NCBI RefSeq assembly: GCF_013315695.1
Contig: NZ_CP054353.1
DNA from: Escherichia coli
GTDB taxonomy: Bacteria > Pseudomonadota > Gammaproteobacteria > Enterobacterales > Enterobacteriaceae
DNA length: 64,000 nt
Strand: one strand, 5' to 3'
Position numbers and translations under genes: made by a program. A model generated the notes under the pieces. The model had not been told where the DNA came from, did no database searches, and saw only the letters and a list, made by a program, of their open reading frames with translations. Below, piece by piece: positions 14,930-26,355 of this stretch. Each line of letters opens with the position of its first letter. Position 1 is the stretch's first letter.

Positions 14930-16189
14930 ATGGCGTGGAATCAGCCCGGTAATAACGGACAAGACCGCGACCCGTGGGGAAGCAGCAAACCTGGCGGCAA
15001 CTCTGAGGGAAATGGAAACAAAGGCGGTCGCGATCAAGGGCCACCTGATTTAGATGATATCTTCCGCAAACTGAGCAAAAAGCTCGGTGGTCTGGGCGGC
15101 GGTAAAGGCACCGGATCTGGCGGTGGCAGTTCATCGCAAGGCCCGCGCCCGCAGCTTGGCGGTCGTGTCGTTACCATCGCAGCGGCAGCGATTGTCATTA
15201 TCTGGGCGGCCAGTGGTTTCTATACCATTAAAGAAGCCGAACGCGGCGTGGTAACACGCTTTGGTAAATTCAGCCATCTGGTTGAGCCGGGTCTGAACTG
15301 GAAACCGACGTTTATCGACGAAGTCAAACCGGTGAACGTGGAAGCCGTGCGTGAACTGGCCGCTTCTGGTGTGATGCTGACGTCGGACGAGAACGTAGTG
15401 CGCGTTGAGATGAACGTGCAGTACCGCGTCACCAATCCGGAAAAATATCTGTATAGCGTGACCAGCCCGGATGACAGCCTGCGTCAGGCTACCGACAGCG
15501 CCCTGCGTGGAGTTATCGGTAAATACACCATGGACCGCATTCTGACGGAAGGTCGTACCGTGATTCGTAGCGATACTCAGCGCGAACTGGAAGAGACGAT
15601 TCGTCCGTATGACATGGGTATCACGCTGCTGGACGTCAACTTCCAGGCTGCTCGTCCGCCGGAAGAAGTAAAAGCGGCGTTTGACGATGCGATTGCCGCG
15701 CGTGAAAACGAACAGCAATACATTCGTGAAGCAGAAGCGTATACCAACGAAGTTCAGCCGCGTGCGAACGGTCAGGCGCAACGTATCCTCGAAGAGGCGC
15801 GTGCGTACAAGGCCCAGACCATCCTGGAAGCTCAGGGTGAAGTGGCGCGCTTTGCTAAACTTCTGCCGGAATATAAAGCCGCGCCGGAAATTACTCGCGA
15901 GCGTCTGTATATCGAGACGATGGAAAAAGTGTTGGGTAACACCCGCAAAGTGCTGGTTAACGATAAAGGTGGCAACCTGATGGTTCTGCCGTTAGACCAG
16001 ATGCTGAAAGGTGGTAACGCCCCTGCGGCGAAGAGCGATAACGGTGCCAGCAATCTGCTGCGTCTGCCGCCAGCCTCTTCCTCCACAACCAGTGGAGCAA
16101 GCAACACGTCGTCCACCAGTCAGGGCGATATTATGGACCAACGCCGCGCCAACGCGCAGCGTAACGACTACCAGCGTCAGGGGGAATAA
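14930..16189 (+). CDS. hflK: FtsH modulator HflK (SPFH/band-7 family)
   Basis: ORF 14930..16189, 419 aa, Gly-rich N-terminus, TM segment and SPFH domain. Confidence 0.95.
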   Translation: MAWNQPGNNGQDRDPWGSSKPGGNSEGNGNKGGRDQGPPDLDDIFRKLSKKLGGLGGGKGTGSGGGSSSQGPRPQLGGRVVTIAAAAIVIIWAASGFYTIKEAERGVVTRFGKFSHLVEPGLNWKPTFIDEVKPVNVEAVRELAASGVMLTSDENVVRVEMNVQYRVTNPEKYLYSVTSPDDSLRQATDSALRGVIGKYTMDRILTEGRTVIRSDTQRELEETIRPYDMGITLLDVNFQAARPPEEVKAAFDDAIAARENEQQYIREAEAYTNEVQPRANGQAQRILEEARAYKAQTILEAQGEVARFAKLLPEYKAAPEITRERLYIETMEKVLGNTRKVLVNDKGGNLMVLPLDQMLKGGNAPAAKSDNGASNLLRLPPASSSTTSGASNTSSTSQGDIMDQRRANAQRNDYQRQGE

Positions 16190-16191
16190 CG

Positions 16192-17196
16192 ATGCGTAAG
16201 TCAGTTATCGCGATTATCATCATCGTGCTGGTAGTGCTTTACATGTCTGTCTTTGTCGTCAAAGAAGGTGAGCGCGGTATTACGCTGCGTTTTGGTAAGG
16301 TACTGCGTGACGATGACAACAAACCTCTGGTTTATGAGCCGGGTCTGCATTTCAAGATACCGTTCATTGAAACGGTGAAAATGCTCGACGCACGTATTCA
16401 GACCATGGACAACCAGGCCGACCGCTTTGTGACCAAAGAGAAGAAAGACCTGATCGTCGACTCTTACATCAAATGGCGCATCAGCGATTTCAGCCGTTAC
16501 TACCTGGCAACGGGTGGTGGCGACATTTCGCAAGCGGAAGTGCTGTTGAAACGTAAGTTCTCTGACCGTCTGCGTTCTGAAATTGGTCGCCTGGACGTGA
16601 AAGATATCGTCACCGATTCCCGTGGTCGTCTGACCCTCGAAGTACGTGACGCGCTGAACTCCGGTTCTGCGGGTACAGAAGATGAAGTTACTACCCCGGC
16701 GGCAGATAACGCCATTGCCGAAGCGGCAGAGCGCGTAACGGCTGAGACGAAGGGCAAAGTTCCGGTCATCAACCCGAACAGTATGGCGGCGCTGGGTATT
16801 GAAGTTGTCGATGTGCGTATCAAGCAGATCAACCTGCCGACCGAAGTGTCTGAAGCGATCTACAACCGTATGCGCGCCGAGCGTGAAGCGGTAGCGCGTC
16901 GTCACCGTTCACAAGGTCAGGAAGAAGCGGAAAAACTGCGCGCGACTGCCGACTATGAAGTGACCAGAACGCTGGCAGAAGCTGAGCGTCAGGGCCGCAT
17001 CATGCGTGGTGAAGGCGATGCCGAAGCAGCCAAACTGTTTGCTGATGCATTCAGTAAAGATCCGGACTTCTACGCATTCATCCGTAGCCTGCGTGCTTAT
17101 GAGAACAGCTTCTCTGGCAATCAGGACGTGATGGTCATGAGCCCGGATAGCGATTTCTTCCGCTACATGAAGACGCCGACTTCCGCAACGCGTTAA
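16192..17196 (+). CDS. hflC: FtsH modulator HflC (SPFH/band-7 family)
   Basis: ORF 16192..17196, 334 aa, immediately downstream of hflK. Confidence 0.95.
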   Translation: MRKSVIAIIIIVLVVLYMSVFVVKEGERGITLRFGKVLRDDDNKPLVYEPGLHFKIPFIETVKMLDARIQTMDNQADRFVTKEKKDLIVDSYIKWRISDFSRYYLATGGGDISQAEVLLKRKFSDRLRSEIGRLDVKDIVTDSRGRLTLEVRDALNSGSAGTEDEVTTPAADNAIAEAAERVTAETKGKVPVINPNSMAALGIEVVDVRIKQINLPTEVSEAIYNRMRAEREAVARRHRSQGQEEAEKLRATADYEVTRTLAEAERQGRIMRGEGDAEAAKLFADAFSKDPDFYAFIRSLRAYENSFSGNQDVMVMSPDSDFFRYMKTPTSATR

Positions 17197-17224
17197 TATA
17201 ACGACTGCGGTACAGGTCAATAAA

Positions 17225-17262
17225 GCCACCGCATCCTCAGGGATGTCGGTGGTTTTCTTTTT
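17225..17262 (+). terminator. Intrinsic terminator after hflC
   Basis: GC-rich hairpin GCCACCGCATCC...GGATGTCGGTGG followed by TTTTCTTTTT. Confidence 0.6.
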
Positions 17263-17277
17263 CTATAAGGATAATGA

Positions 17278-17475
17278 ATGAATTCGACAATCTGGCTGGC
17301 GCTTGCCCTGGTTTTGGTACTGGAAGGTTTAGGGCCGATGCTTTACCCGAAGGCATGGAAGAAGATGATCTCTGCGATGACCAATTTGCCCGATAATATT
17401 TTACGTCGTTTTGGCGGTGGACTTGTGGTTGCGGGCGTTGTGGTCTACTACATGTTGAGGAAAACGATTGGCTGA
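17278..17475 (+). CDS. yjeT: Small inner-membrane protein YjeT (DUF2065)
   Basis: ORF 17278..17475, 65 aa, two hydrophobic segments. Confidence 0.8.
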   Translation: MNSTIWLALALVLVLEGLGPMLYPKAWKKMISAMTNLPDNILRRFGGGLVVAGVVVYYMLRKTIG

Positions 17476-17575
17476 ACAAAAAACAGACTGATCGAGGTCA
17501 TTTTTGAGTGCAAAAAGTGCTGTAACTCTGAAAAAGCGATGGTAGAATCCATTTTTAAGCAAACGGTGATTTTGA

Positions 17576-18877
<1,302 letters not shown>

Positions 18878-19081
18878 TTCTGGTACGCCTGGCAGATATT
18901 TTGCCTGCCGGGCGAACAGTGTGATACATTGCTGTGTCGGGTAAGCCATTACGCTATCCGACACAGTGTTAAATCCTCGCTTTTTTCCTTCCCCGAACTG
19001 AAATAAATTAGCGACACAGCTTGTGGCTGGTTTATCATCAATATAAATGTATTTTTTCCCGATTTCCCTTTTGAGGTTGAT

Positions 19082-19507
19082 GTGCAGTTAACGAGTTTCA
19101 CTGATTACGGATTACGTGCGCTGATCTACATGGCGTCATTGCCAGAAGGGCGGATGACCAGTATTTCTGAAGTGACTGACGTCTACGGCGTCTCCCGTAA
19201 TCATATGGTCAAAATAATCAATCAACTTAGTCGTGCCGGCTACGTGACTGCTGTTCGTGGAAAAAATGGCGGCATTCGCCTGGGTAAACCGGCGAGTGCG
19301 ATACGTATTGGTGATGTGGTGCGCGAGCTGGAGCCCTTATCGCTGGTGAATTGCAGCAGTGAGTTTTGCCACATTACACCTGCCTGTAGGTTGAAACAGG
19401 CACTTTCTAAGGCCGTGCAAAGTTTTCTTACGGAACTGGATAACTACACGCTTGCCGATTTGGTTGAAGAGAATCAACCGCTTTATAAATTATTGCTGGT
19501 GGAGTGA
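19082..19507 (+). CDS. nsrR: NO-sensing transcriptional repressor NsrR (Rrf2 family)
   Basis: ORF 19082..19507 (GTG start), 141 aa, Rrf2 HTH and three Cys for the Fe-S cluster. Confidence 0.92.
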
Positions 19508-19545
19508 CGAAAATCTTCATCAGAGATGACAACGGAGGAACCGAG

Positions 19546-21987
19546 ATGTCACAAGATCCTTTCCAGGAACGCGAAGCTGAAAAATACGCGAATCCCATCC
19601 CTAGTCGGGAATTTATCCTCGAACATTTAACCAAACGTGAAAAACCGGCCAGCCGTGATGAGCTGGCGGTAGAACTGCACATTGAAGGCGAAGAGCAGCT
19701 TGAAGGCCTGCGTCGCCGCCTGCGCGCGATGGAGCGCGATGGTCAACTGGTCTTCACTCGTCGTCAGTGCTATGCGCTGCCGGAACGCCTCGACCTGGTG
19801 AAAGGTACCGTTATTGGCCACCGTGATGGCTACGGCTTTCTGCGGGTTGAAGGGCGTAAAGATGATTTGTATCTCTCCAGCGAGCAGATGAAAACCTGCA
19901 TTCATGGCGATCAGGTGCTGGCTCAGCCGCTGGGTGCTGACCGTAAAGGTCGTCGTGAAGCGCGTATTGTCCGCGTACTGGTGCCAAAAACCAGCCAGAT
20001 TGTTGGTCGCTACTTTACCGAAGCGGGCGTCGGCTTTGTGGTTCCTGACGACAGCCGTCTGAGCTTCGATATCTTAATCCCGCCCGATCAGATCATGGGC
20101 GCGCGGATGGGCTTTGTGGTCGTAGTCGAACTGACTCAGCGTCCGACTCGCCGCACCAAAGCGGTGGGTAAAATCGTCGAAGTGCTGGGCGACAATATGG
20201 GCACCGGCATGGCGGTTGATATCGCTCTGCGTACCCATGAAATTCCGTACATCTGGCCGCAGGCTGTTGAGCAACAGGTTGCCGGGCTGAAAGAAGAAGT
20301 GCCGGAAGAAGCAAAAGCGGGCCGTGTTGATCTGCGCGATTTACCGCTGGTCACCATTGATGGCGAAGACGCCCGTGACTTTGACGATGCAGTTTACTGC
20401 GAGAAAAAACGCGGCGGCGGCTGGCGTTTATGGGTCGCGATTGCCGACGTCAGCTACTATGTGCGTCCGTCAACGCCGCTGGACAGAGAAGCGCGTAACC
20501 GTGGCACGTCGGTGTACTTCCCTTCGCAGGTTATCCCGATGCTGCCGGAAGTGCTCTCTAACGGCCTGTGTTCGCTCAACCCGCAGGTAGACCGCCTGTG
20601 TATGGTGTGCGAGATGACGGTTTCGTCGAAAGGCCGCCTGACGGGCTACAAATTCTACGAAGCGGTGATGAGCTCTCACGCGCGTCTGACCTACACCAAA
20701 GTCTGGCATATTCTGCAGGGCGATCAGGATCTGCGCGAGCAGTACGCCCCGCTGGTTAAGCATCTCGAAGAGTTGCATAACCTCTATAAAGTGCTGGATA
20801 AAGCCCGTGAAGAACGCGGTGGGATCTCATTTGAGAGCGAAGAAGCGAAGTTCATTTTCAACGCTGAACGCCGTATTGAACGTATCGAACAGACCCAGCG
20901 TAACGACGCGCACAAATTAATTGAAGAGTGCATGATTCTGGCGAATATCTCGGCGGCGCGTTTCGTTGAGAAAGCGAAAGAACCGGCACTGTTCCGTATT
21001 CACGACAAGCCGAGCACCGAAGCGATTACCTCTTTCCGTTCAGTGCTGGCGGAGCTGGGGCTGGAACTGCCGGGCGGTAACAAGCCGGAACCGCGTGACT
21101 ACGCGGAGCTGCTGGAGTCGGTTGCCGATCGTCCTGATGCAGAAATGCTGCAAACCATGCTGCTGCGCTCGATGAAACAGGCGATTTACGATCCAGAAAA
21201 CCGTGGTCACTTTGGCCTGGCATTGCAGTCCTATGCGCACTTTACTTCGCCGATTCGTCGTTATCCAGACCTGACGCTGCACCGCGCCATTAAATATCTG
21301 CTGGCGAAAGAGCAGGGGCATCAGGGCAACACCACTGAAACCGGCGGCTACCATTATTCGATGGAAGAGATGCTGCAACTGGGTCAGCACTGTTCGATGG
21401 CGGAACGTCGTGCCGACGAAGCAACGCGCGATGTGGCTGACTGGCTGAAGTGTGACTTCATGCTCGACCAGGTAGGTAACGTCTTTAAAGGCGTAATTTC
21501 CAGCGTCACTGGCTTTGGCTTCTTCGTCCGTCTGGACGACTTGTTCATTGATGGTCTGGTCCATGTCTCTTCGCTGGACAATGACTACTATCGCTTTGAC
21601 CAGGTAGGGCAACGCCTGATGGGGGAATCCAGCGGCCAGACTTATCGCCTGGGCGATCGCGTGGAAGTTCGCGTCGAAGCGGTTAATATGGACGAGCGCA
21701 AAATCGACTTTAGCCTGATCTCCAGCGAACGCGCACCGCGCAACGTCGGTAAAACGGCGCGCGAGAAAGCGAAAAAAGGCGATGCAGGTAAAAAAGGCGG
21801 CAAGCGTCGTCAGGTCGGTAAAAAGGTAAACTTTGAGCCAGACAGCGCCTTCCGCGGTGAGAAAAAAACGAAGCCGAAAGCGGCGAAGAAAGACGCGAGA
21901 AAAGCGAAAAAGCCATCGGCGAAAACGCAGAAAATAGCTGCAGCGACCAAAGCGAAGCGTGCGGCGAAGAAAAAAGTGGCAGAGTGA
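19546..21987 (+). CDS. rnr: Ribonuclease R
   Basis: ORF 19504..21987; conserved start [14 protein letters not shown] at ATG 19546, 813 aa; RNB catalytic domain, S1 domain, Lys-rich basic C-terminal tail. Confidence 0.95.
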   Translation: MSQDPFQEREAEKYANPIPSREFILEHLTKREKPASRDELAVELHIEGEEQLEGLRRRLRAMERDGQLVFTRRQCYALPERLDLVKGTVIGHRDGYGFLRVEGRKDDLYLSSEQMKTCIHGDQVLAQPLGADRKGRREARIVRVLVPKTSQIVGRYFTEAGVGFVVPDDSRLSFDILIPPDQIMGARMGFVVVVELTQRPTRRTKAVGKIVEVLGDNMGTGMAVDIALRTHEIPYIWPQAVEQQVAGLKEEVPEEAKAGRVDLRDLPLVTIDGEDARDFDDAVYCEKKRGGGWRLWVAIADVSYYVRPSTPLDREARNRGTSVYFPSQVIPMLPEVLSNGLCSLNPQVDRLCMVCEMTVSSKGRLTGYKFYEAVMSSHARLTYTKVWHILQGDQDLREQYAPLVKHLEELHNLYKVLDKAREERGGISFESEEAKFIFNAERRIERIEQTQRNDAHKLIEECMILANISAARFVEKAKEPALFRIHDKPSTEAITSFRSVLAELGLELPGGNKPEPRDYAELLESVADRPDAEMLQTMLLRSMKQAIYDPENRGHFGLALQSYAHFTSPIRRYPDLTLHRAIKYLLAKEQGHQGNTTETGGYHYSMEEMLQLGQHCSMAERRADEATRDVADWLKCDFMLDQVGNVFKGVISSVTGFGFFVRLDDLFIDGLVHVSSLDNDYYRFDQVGQRLMGESSGQTYRLGDRVEVRVEAVNMDERKIDFSLISSERAPRNVGKTAREKAKKGDAGKKGGKRRQVGKKVNFEPDSAFRGEKKTKPKAAKKDARKAKKPSAKTQKIAAATKAKRAAKKKVAE

Positions 21988-22044
21988 TCAATACCCTCTT
22001 TAAAAGAAGAGGGTTAGATTGCTGACAAAATGCGCTTTGTTCAT

Positions 22045-22142
22045 GCCGGATGCGGCGTGAACGCCTTATCCGGCCTACATAATCACGCAAATTCAATATA
22101 TTGCAGAGATCATGTAGGCCGGATAAACGTAGTGCATCAGGC
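22045..22142. repeat. REP/RIP element: two inverted REP units flanking an IHF-type L motif
   Basis: GCCGGATGCGGCGTGAACGCCTTATCCGGCCTACA and inverted TGTAGGCCGGATAAACGTAGTGCATCAGGC flanking AATTCAATATATTGC. Confidence 0.7.
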
Positions 22143-22166
22143 AAAACGTAAACAACGAGTACATTA

Positions 22167-22898
22167 ATGAGCGAAATGATTTACGGCATCCACGCAGTGC
22201 AGGCCCTGCTGGAGCGCGCCCCTGAACGTTTTCAGGAAGTCTTTATTTTAAAAGGCCGTGAAGATAAACGTCTGTTACCGCTGATTCACGCCCTTGAGTC
22301 TCAGGGCGTGGTTATCCAGTTGGCAAACCGCCAATATCTCGACGAGAAAAGCGACGGTGCCGTGCATCAGGGCATTATCGCCCGCGTGAAGCCAGGACGT
22401 CAGTATCAGGAAAACGATCTGCCGGATCTGATCGCTTCGCTCGATCAACCGTTCCTGCTGATCCTCGACGGCGTAACCGATCCGCACAACCTCGGCGCGT
22501 GCCTGCGTAGTGCGGACGCCGCAGGCGTTCATGCGGTGATTGTGCCGAAAGATCGCTCCGCACAGCTCAACGCTACGGCGAAAAAAGTAGCCTGCGGCGC
22601 GGCAGAAAGCGTTCCGCTGATTCGGGTGACTAACCTTGCGCGCACCATGCGTATGTTGCAGGAAGAGAATATCTGGATCGTCGGTACGGCAGGCGAGGCG
22701 GATCATACACTCTATCAGAGCAAAATGACCGGACGCCTGGCGCTGGTGATGGGTGCGGAAGGTGAAGGTATGCGTCGCCTGACTCGTGAACATTGCGATG
22801 AGTTGATCAGCATCCCGATGGCTGGAAGCGTTTCTTCCCTGAACGTTTCGGTTGCGACCGGAATTTGCTTATTTGAAGCGGTGCGCCAGCGCAGCTAG
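22167..22898 (+). CDS. rlmB: 23S rRNA (guanosine2251-2'-O)-methyltransferase RlmB
   Basis: ORF 22167..22898, 243 aa, SpoU/TrmH family motifs. Confidence 0.93.
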
Positions 22899-22930
22899 TT
22901 CATCGCTATCCATTCAATGGATATTTTGTT

Positions 22931-22957
22931 AGCCCGATAATTTTTACGTATCGGGCT
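22931..22957. terminator. Hairpin between convergent rlmB and the IclR-family gene (candidate bidirectional terminator)
   Basis: AGCCCGATA-ATTTTTACG-TATCGGGCT, 9-bp stem with T-rich loop. Confidence 0.4.
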
Positions 22958-22974
22958 TCGAATGGAAAATACCC

Positions 22975-23775
22975 TTAATGGTGGGAATCAATACCGATAT
23001 TGATATCCTGTAAGGTGTTGAGTTCCTGTTCAATACGCGAACGTGCATTCAGCAGGATACGCGTGACATCGGCAATTTTTTCTTTTGTCGCACGAAATAC
23101 GGGTATTGAAATGCTGATGGCGGCAAGCGTTTTATTTCGCTGTTTTAAGGCAACAGCATAACATACCGTCTCCTCATTGATTTCCCTGTTATCAAATGCA
23201 TACCCATTTACTCTGGCATCCTCAAGTTGTTGGCGCAATTGTTCCAGGGTCGTAACGCTATACGATGTCATGGGAACAAAACCGTCAGGGTAGAGTTGCT
23301 GAATTTGTTGATCACTGTATTCACAGATAATGGCTTTTCCCAGCGCAGAATAGATAGCAGGCAGACGAGTCCCAATATGTGAAACCAGTTGTACGGTTTG
23401 TGCCGCCTGCACCTTATTGATATATAAAACATCTGCACCGTCCAGGATCCCCATCTGACAAACCTCATTGCACTCTTTGACAATGTTGTTCATCTCTTTG
23501 TAAACCATTTTTAACCAGTACGATCTGTCGAGGAAAGCACGGGACAGAATCGAGCAGGAGATCCCCAGATTATAAAGCTGGGTATTAGCGTCATAACTGA
23601 TGTACCGCTGTTCAACCAGCGTTTTGAGGATGGGAAAAATCGTTCCTTTCAGGATGCCTGTTTTTTCCGAAAGGTGAGTTAATGAAACACCCTGATTCTC
23701 CGCTGCCAGTGCTTCCAGTATCTCTAACACCCGGATGGTAGGCTTATGTTCCATAATGACTATTTCCCTTACCAT
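22975..23775 (-). CDS. IclR-family transcriptional regulator (accessory island)
   Basis: ORF 22975..23775, 266 aa (alternative ATG at 23754); N-terminal winged HTH (LEILEALAAENQGVSLTHLSEKTGILKGT) and C-terminal IclR effector domain; AT-rich coding sequence. Confidence 0.8.
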   Translation of the reverse strand: MVREIVIMEHKPTIRVLEILEALAAENQGVSLTHLSEKTGILKGTIFPILKTLVEQRYISYDANTQLYNLGISCSILSRAFLDRSYWLKMVYKEMNNIVKECNEVCQMGILDGADVLYINKVQAAQTVQLVSHIGTRLPAIYSALGKAIICEYSDQQIQQLYPDGFVPMTSYSVTTLEQLRQQLEDARVNGYAFDNREINEETVCYAVALKQRNKTLAAISISIPVFRATKEKIADVTRILLNARSRIEQELNTLQDINIGIDSHH

Positions 23776-23989
23776 GAGTAATGCACCATTCTAGGGAGAA
23801 TTATAATTCAAGTAAATAAACCCCCTCGCGTTCCTTGACTGCTGTTGACCCCATCAGTCCTTTTTTAGCGTGATACTGGTCATAAAACGGATAAAAAAAG
23901 AACTGTGATTGTTTTTTATGCAGGCCTCTGGCGTAATTACTCCAAATCTATCAATAACTTATGTGTATCACTTCTGTGATTGGCTAAAT

Positions 23990-24051
23990 TTGACTTATTT
24001 CTGAGGTTGGGTATACTCATTTTAGTTTGTATTTAAAAACGTTGTTTGTAT
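23990..24051 (+). promoter_or_regulatory. Candidate sigma70 promoter (TTGACT, 16 nt, TATACT) with two GTTTGTAT direct repeats just downstream (possible operator)
   Basis: TTGACT 23990-23995, TATACT 24012-24017; GTTTGTAT at 24025-24032 and 24044-24051; lies upstream of the aldolase-like gene and divergent from the IclR gene. Confidence 0.35.
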
Positions 24052-24082
24052 ATATGAACAATAAAACTATGATGAGGTAGGC

Positions 24083-24976
24083 ATGAAAAGTCGTTACATA
24101 ACCCCCGTTGTCACCATATTTGATGAACAAGGGCGAATCGATCCTGAGCAAAACACTCAGGTTTATGATTTTATTAAAAATCACGTGTCCGGGTTTGTTG
24201 TGATGGGCAGTACTGGTGAGTTTTTTTCGCTTAATATGGAAAACGCCCGCCAAATGATTAAAACCTGTAGTGAGTTTTCCCGAGGCGATATGAAGGTTTA
24301 TGCCGGAGCCAGTCGCATGGACGTCAATGAATCAATATCACTGGCCAATTACGCCTGGGAGCAAGGATTGGATGGTGTGATGATCATCAGTCCTTATTAT
24401 TTCCCTCTGGATGATGAAGCTATTTTTGATTTCTACAGTACGATTGCAAGCCAAACCCCGGCTCATATTTTTATTTATAACTTCCCGGAGAGAACCGGGT
24501 ACAGCGTATCACCAGAGATTTGTTTACGACTGGCAGATAAATATCCCAATATTATTGGTATGAAAGATACCGTCCCTGATGCTTTCCATACTGCGCAGGT
24601 TATCAATACCGTAAAGAAAAATATCCCTCATTTTGAAGTGTATGCAGGATATGACAATAATTTTGCCCACAACATACTATCTGGTGGAGATGGCTGTATT
24701 GGTGGTTTATCCAATATTGTCCCTGAATTTTTTGCCTCCTGGATGCAAGCATTCACGAATGACGATTTACTTGCAGTCGCGCAGCATCAGCAGATAGTCG
24801 ATCAACTAATGGCCGTTTACAGCGTGAATTCTCCTTTTATTCCCACTTTCAAAAAAGCCCTTCAGTTAAAGGGGGTTATTCAATCAGAACGGTGTTCTTC
24901 ACCATTTAATATACTTGATGATATTCAATCCCGGAGATTGCAGGAAATTTTATCTGTCACCGATTATTATAAATAA
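24083..24976 (+). CDS. DapA/NanA-family class I aldolase or lyase (2-keto-3-deoxy sugar-acid aldolase-like)
   Basis: ORF 24083..24976, 297 aa; GSTGEF motif, YNFP tyrosine and IIGMKDT lysine aligning with the DHDPS-family Schiff-base lysine. Confidence 0.8.
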   Translation: MKSRYITPVVTIFDEQGRIDPEQNTQVYDFIKNHVSGFVVMGSTGEFFSLNMENARQMIKTCSEFSRGDMKVYAGASRMDVNESISLANYAWEQGLDGVMIISPYYFPLDDEAIFDFYSTIASQTPAHIFIYNFPERTGYSVSPEICLRLADKYPNIIGMKDTVPDAFHTAQVINTVKKNIPHFEVYAGYDNNFAHNILSGGDGCIGGLSNIVPEFFASWMQAFTNDDLLAVAQHQQIVDQLMAVYSVNSPFIPTFKKALQLKGVIQSERCSSPFNILDDIQSRRLQEILSVTDYYK

Positions 24977-25026
24977 TATAAAACCTATAAATAGAATATC
25001 TTACCAACAGAACTAAGGATTTATTT

Positions 25027-26328
25027 ATGGCTAATATAACCCAATACGATAATCCGCTGTTGAATTCCGCAATTCAAAAATCGTGGAAACGTTTAGTACC
25101 CTTAATGTTCATAATGTATTTTGTTGCCTTTATTGATCGGGTAAATGTTGGCTTTGCCAAAGATGCAATGAAACTGGATATTGGATTATCAGAGTCGGCA
25201 TTCGCTCTCGGTGCAGGAATATTTTTCGCTGCCTATGCACTTTTCGGCATTCCAGCTAACCTGATCCTCAATAAAATCGGCGCACAAAAGTGGTTAAGTA
25301 TTACAACTGCAATTTGGGGCCTTCTCTCGGCAATGATGGGATTTGTCACCGGTGAAACGCAATTTATTATTTTGCGCTTTCTGTTAGGGCTGGGCGAGGC
25401 GGGGTTCTATCCCGGAATTTTACTGCTCGCATCCATTTATTTTCCTAACAAGGTTCGCGGATCGGTCGTGGGAATATTTGTGTTGGGGGTGCCGCTGGCG
25501 TTAACGCTCGGTTCGCCAATATCGGGAGCTTTACTTGAACTACATGGCTGGATGGGACGTCCAGGATGGTTCTGGATGTTTGTCATTGAGGGATTGCCGG
25601 CATTAGTGCTTGGTATCTTTACCTGGTTCTACCTTGATGATAATCCGACGAAAGCGCGATTTCTTACCCAGGAAGAAAAAGACGCTTTGAATAAGCAACT
25701 GGAATCTGAACGACAGAAAACAGAAACCAGTTCAGTGATTTCAGCATTGAAAAATGCCAAAGTTTGGCATCTGGCATTAATCTACGGCACCATCCAGATA
25801 TCAGTATATGGTTTAATGTTTTTCCTTCCGTCACAGGTTGCATCGCTGATGGGAGAAAGCCTTGGCTTTAAGCAGTCATTAGTCGCGGCAATACCATGGG
25901 CGTGCTCTGCTTGTGGCGTCTATTACATTCCGCGAATTGCTGACCGCAATCCTTCCCGGCGTGTGGCCATTTCGGTTATGTGTATGTTGGCTGCTGCTGT
26001 CGGCCTTGCCCTTTCCGCATTTGCGGGGCCTGTTGTGGCGATTGGTGCACTTTGTTTAAGTGCGGTTGGTTTCCTCTCAGTACAGCCAATATTCTGGACT
26101 TTCCCTCCACAACTTCTTACTGGTCCGGCACTGGCTGCGGGGATCGGTTTTTGCACCACGATGGGCGCTTTCTGCTCGTTCCTTGCTCCTCTTATCCGTG
26201 TTGAGGTTGATCGGGCAATGGATAGCAGCATCGCCGGATTGATGGCGTTGTCTGTAATTACTATCGGCTGCGCATTATTGATTGGATTGCTGCAAAAGAG
26301 CCAACAGGCAGCAAAAGCATACAGTTAA
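25027..26328 (+). CDS. MFS transporter, anion:cation symporter-like (putative sugar-acid permease)
   Basis: ORF 25027..26328, 433 aa, about 12 predicted TM helices, FIDRVNVGFA motif near TM1. Confidence 0.8.
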   Translation: MANITQYDNPLLNSAIQKSWKRLVPLMFIMYFVAFIDRVNVGFAKDAMKLDIGLSESAFALGAGIFFAAYALFGIPANLILNKIGAQKWLSITTAIWGLLSAMMGFVTGETQFIILRFLLGLGEAGFYPGILLLASIYFPNKVRGSVVGIFVLGVPLALTLGSPISGALLELHGWMGRPGWFWMFVIEGLPALVLGIFTWFYLDDNPTKARFLTQEEKDALNKQLESERQKTETSSVISALKNAKVWHLALIYGTIQISVYGLMFFLPSQVASLMGESLGFKQSLVAAIPWACSACGVYYIPRIADRNPSRRVAISVMCMLAAAVGLALSAFAGPVVAIGALCLSAVGFLSVQPIFWTFPPQLLTGPALAAGIGFCTTMGAFCSFLAPLIRVEVDRAMDSSIAGLMALSVITIGCALLIGLLQKSQQAAKAYS

Positions 26329-26355
26329 TAAGATTGAACATCTGACTGGAAGAAT

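Noticed and set aside
21700-21987. Lys/Ala-rich low-complexity region that could be a separate histone-like ORF
   Set aside because: Continuous with the rnr frame; it is the basic C-terminal tail of RNase R.
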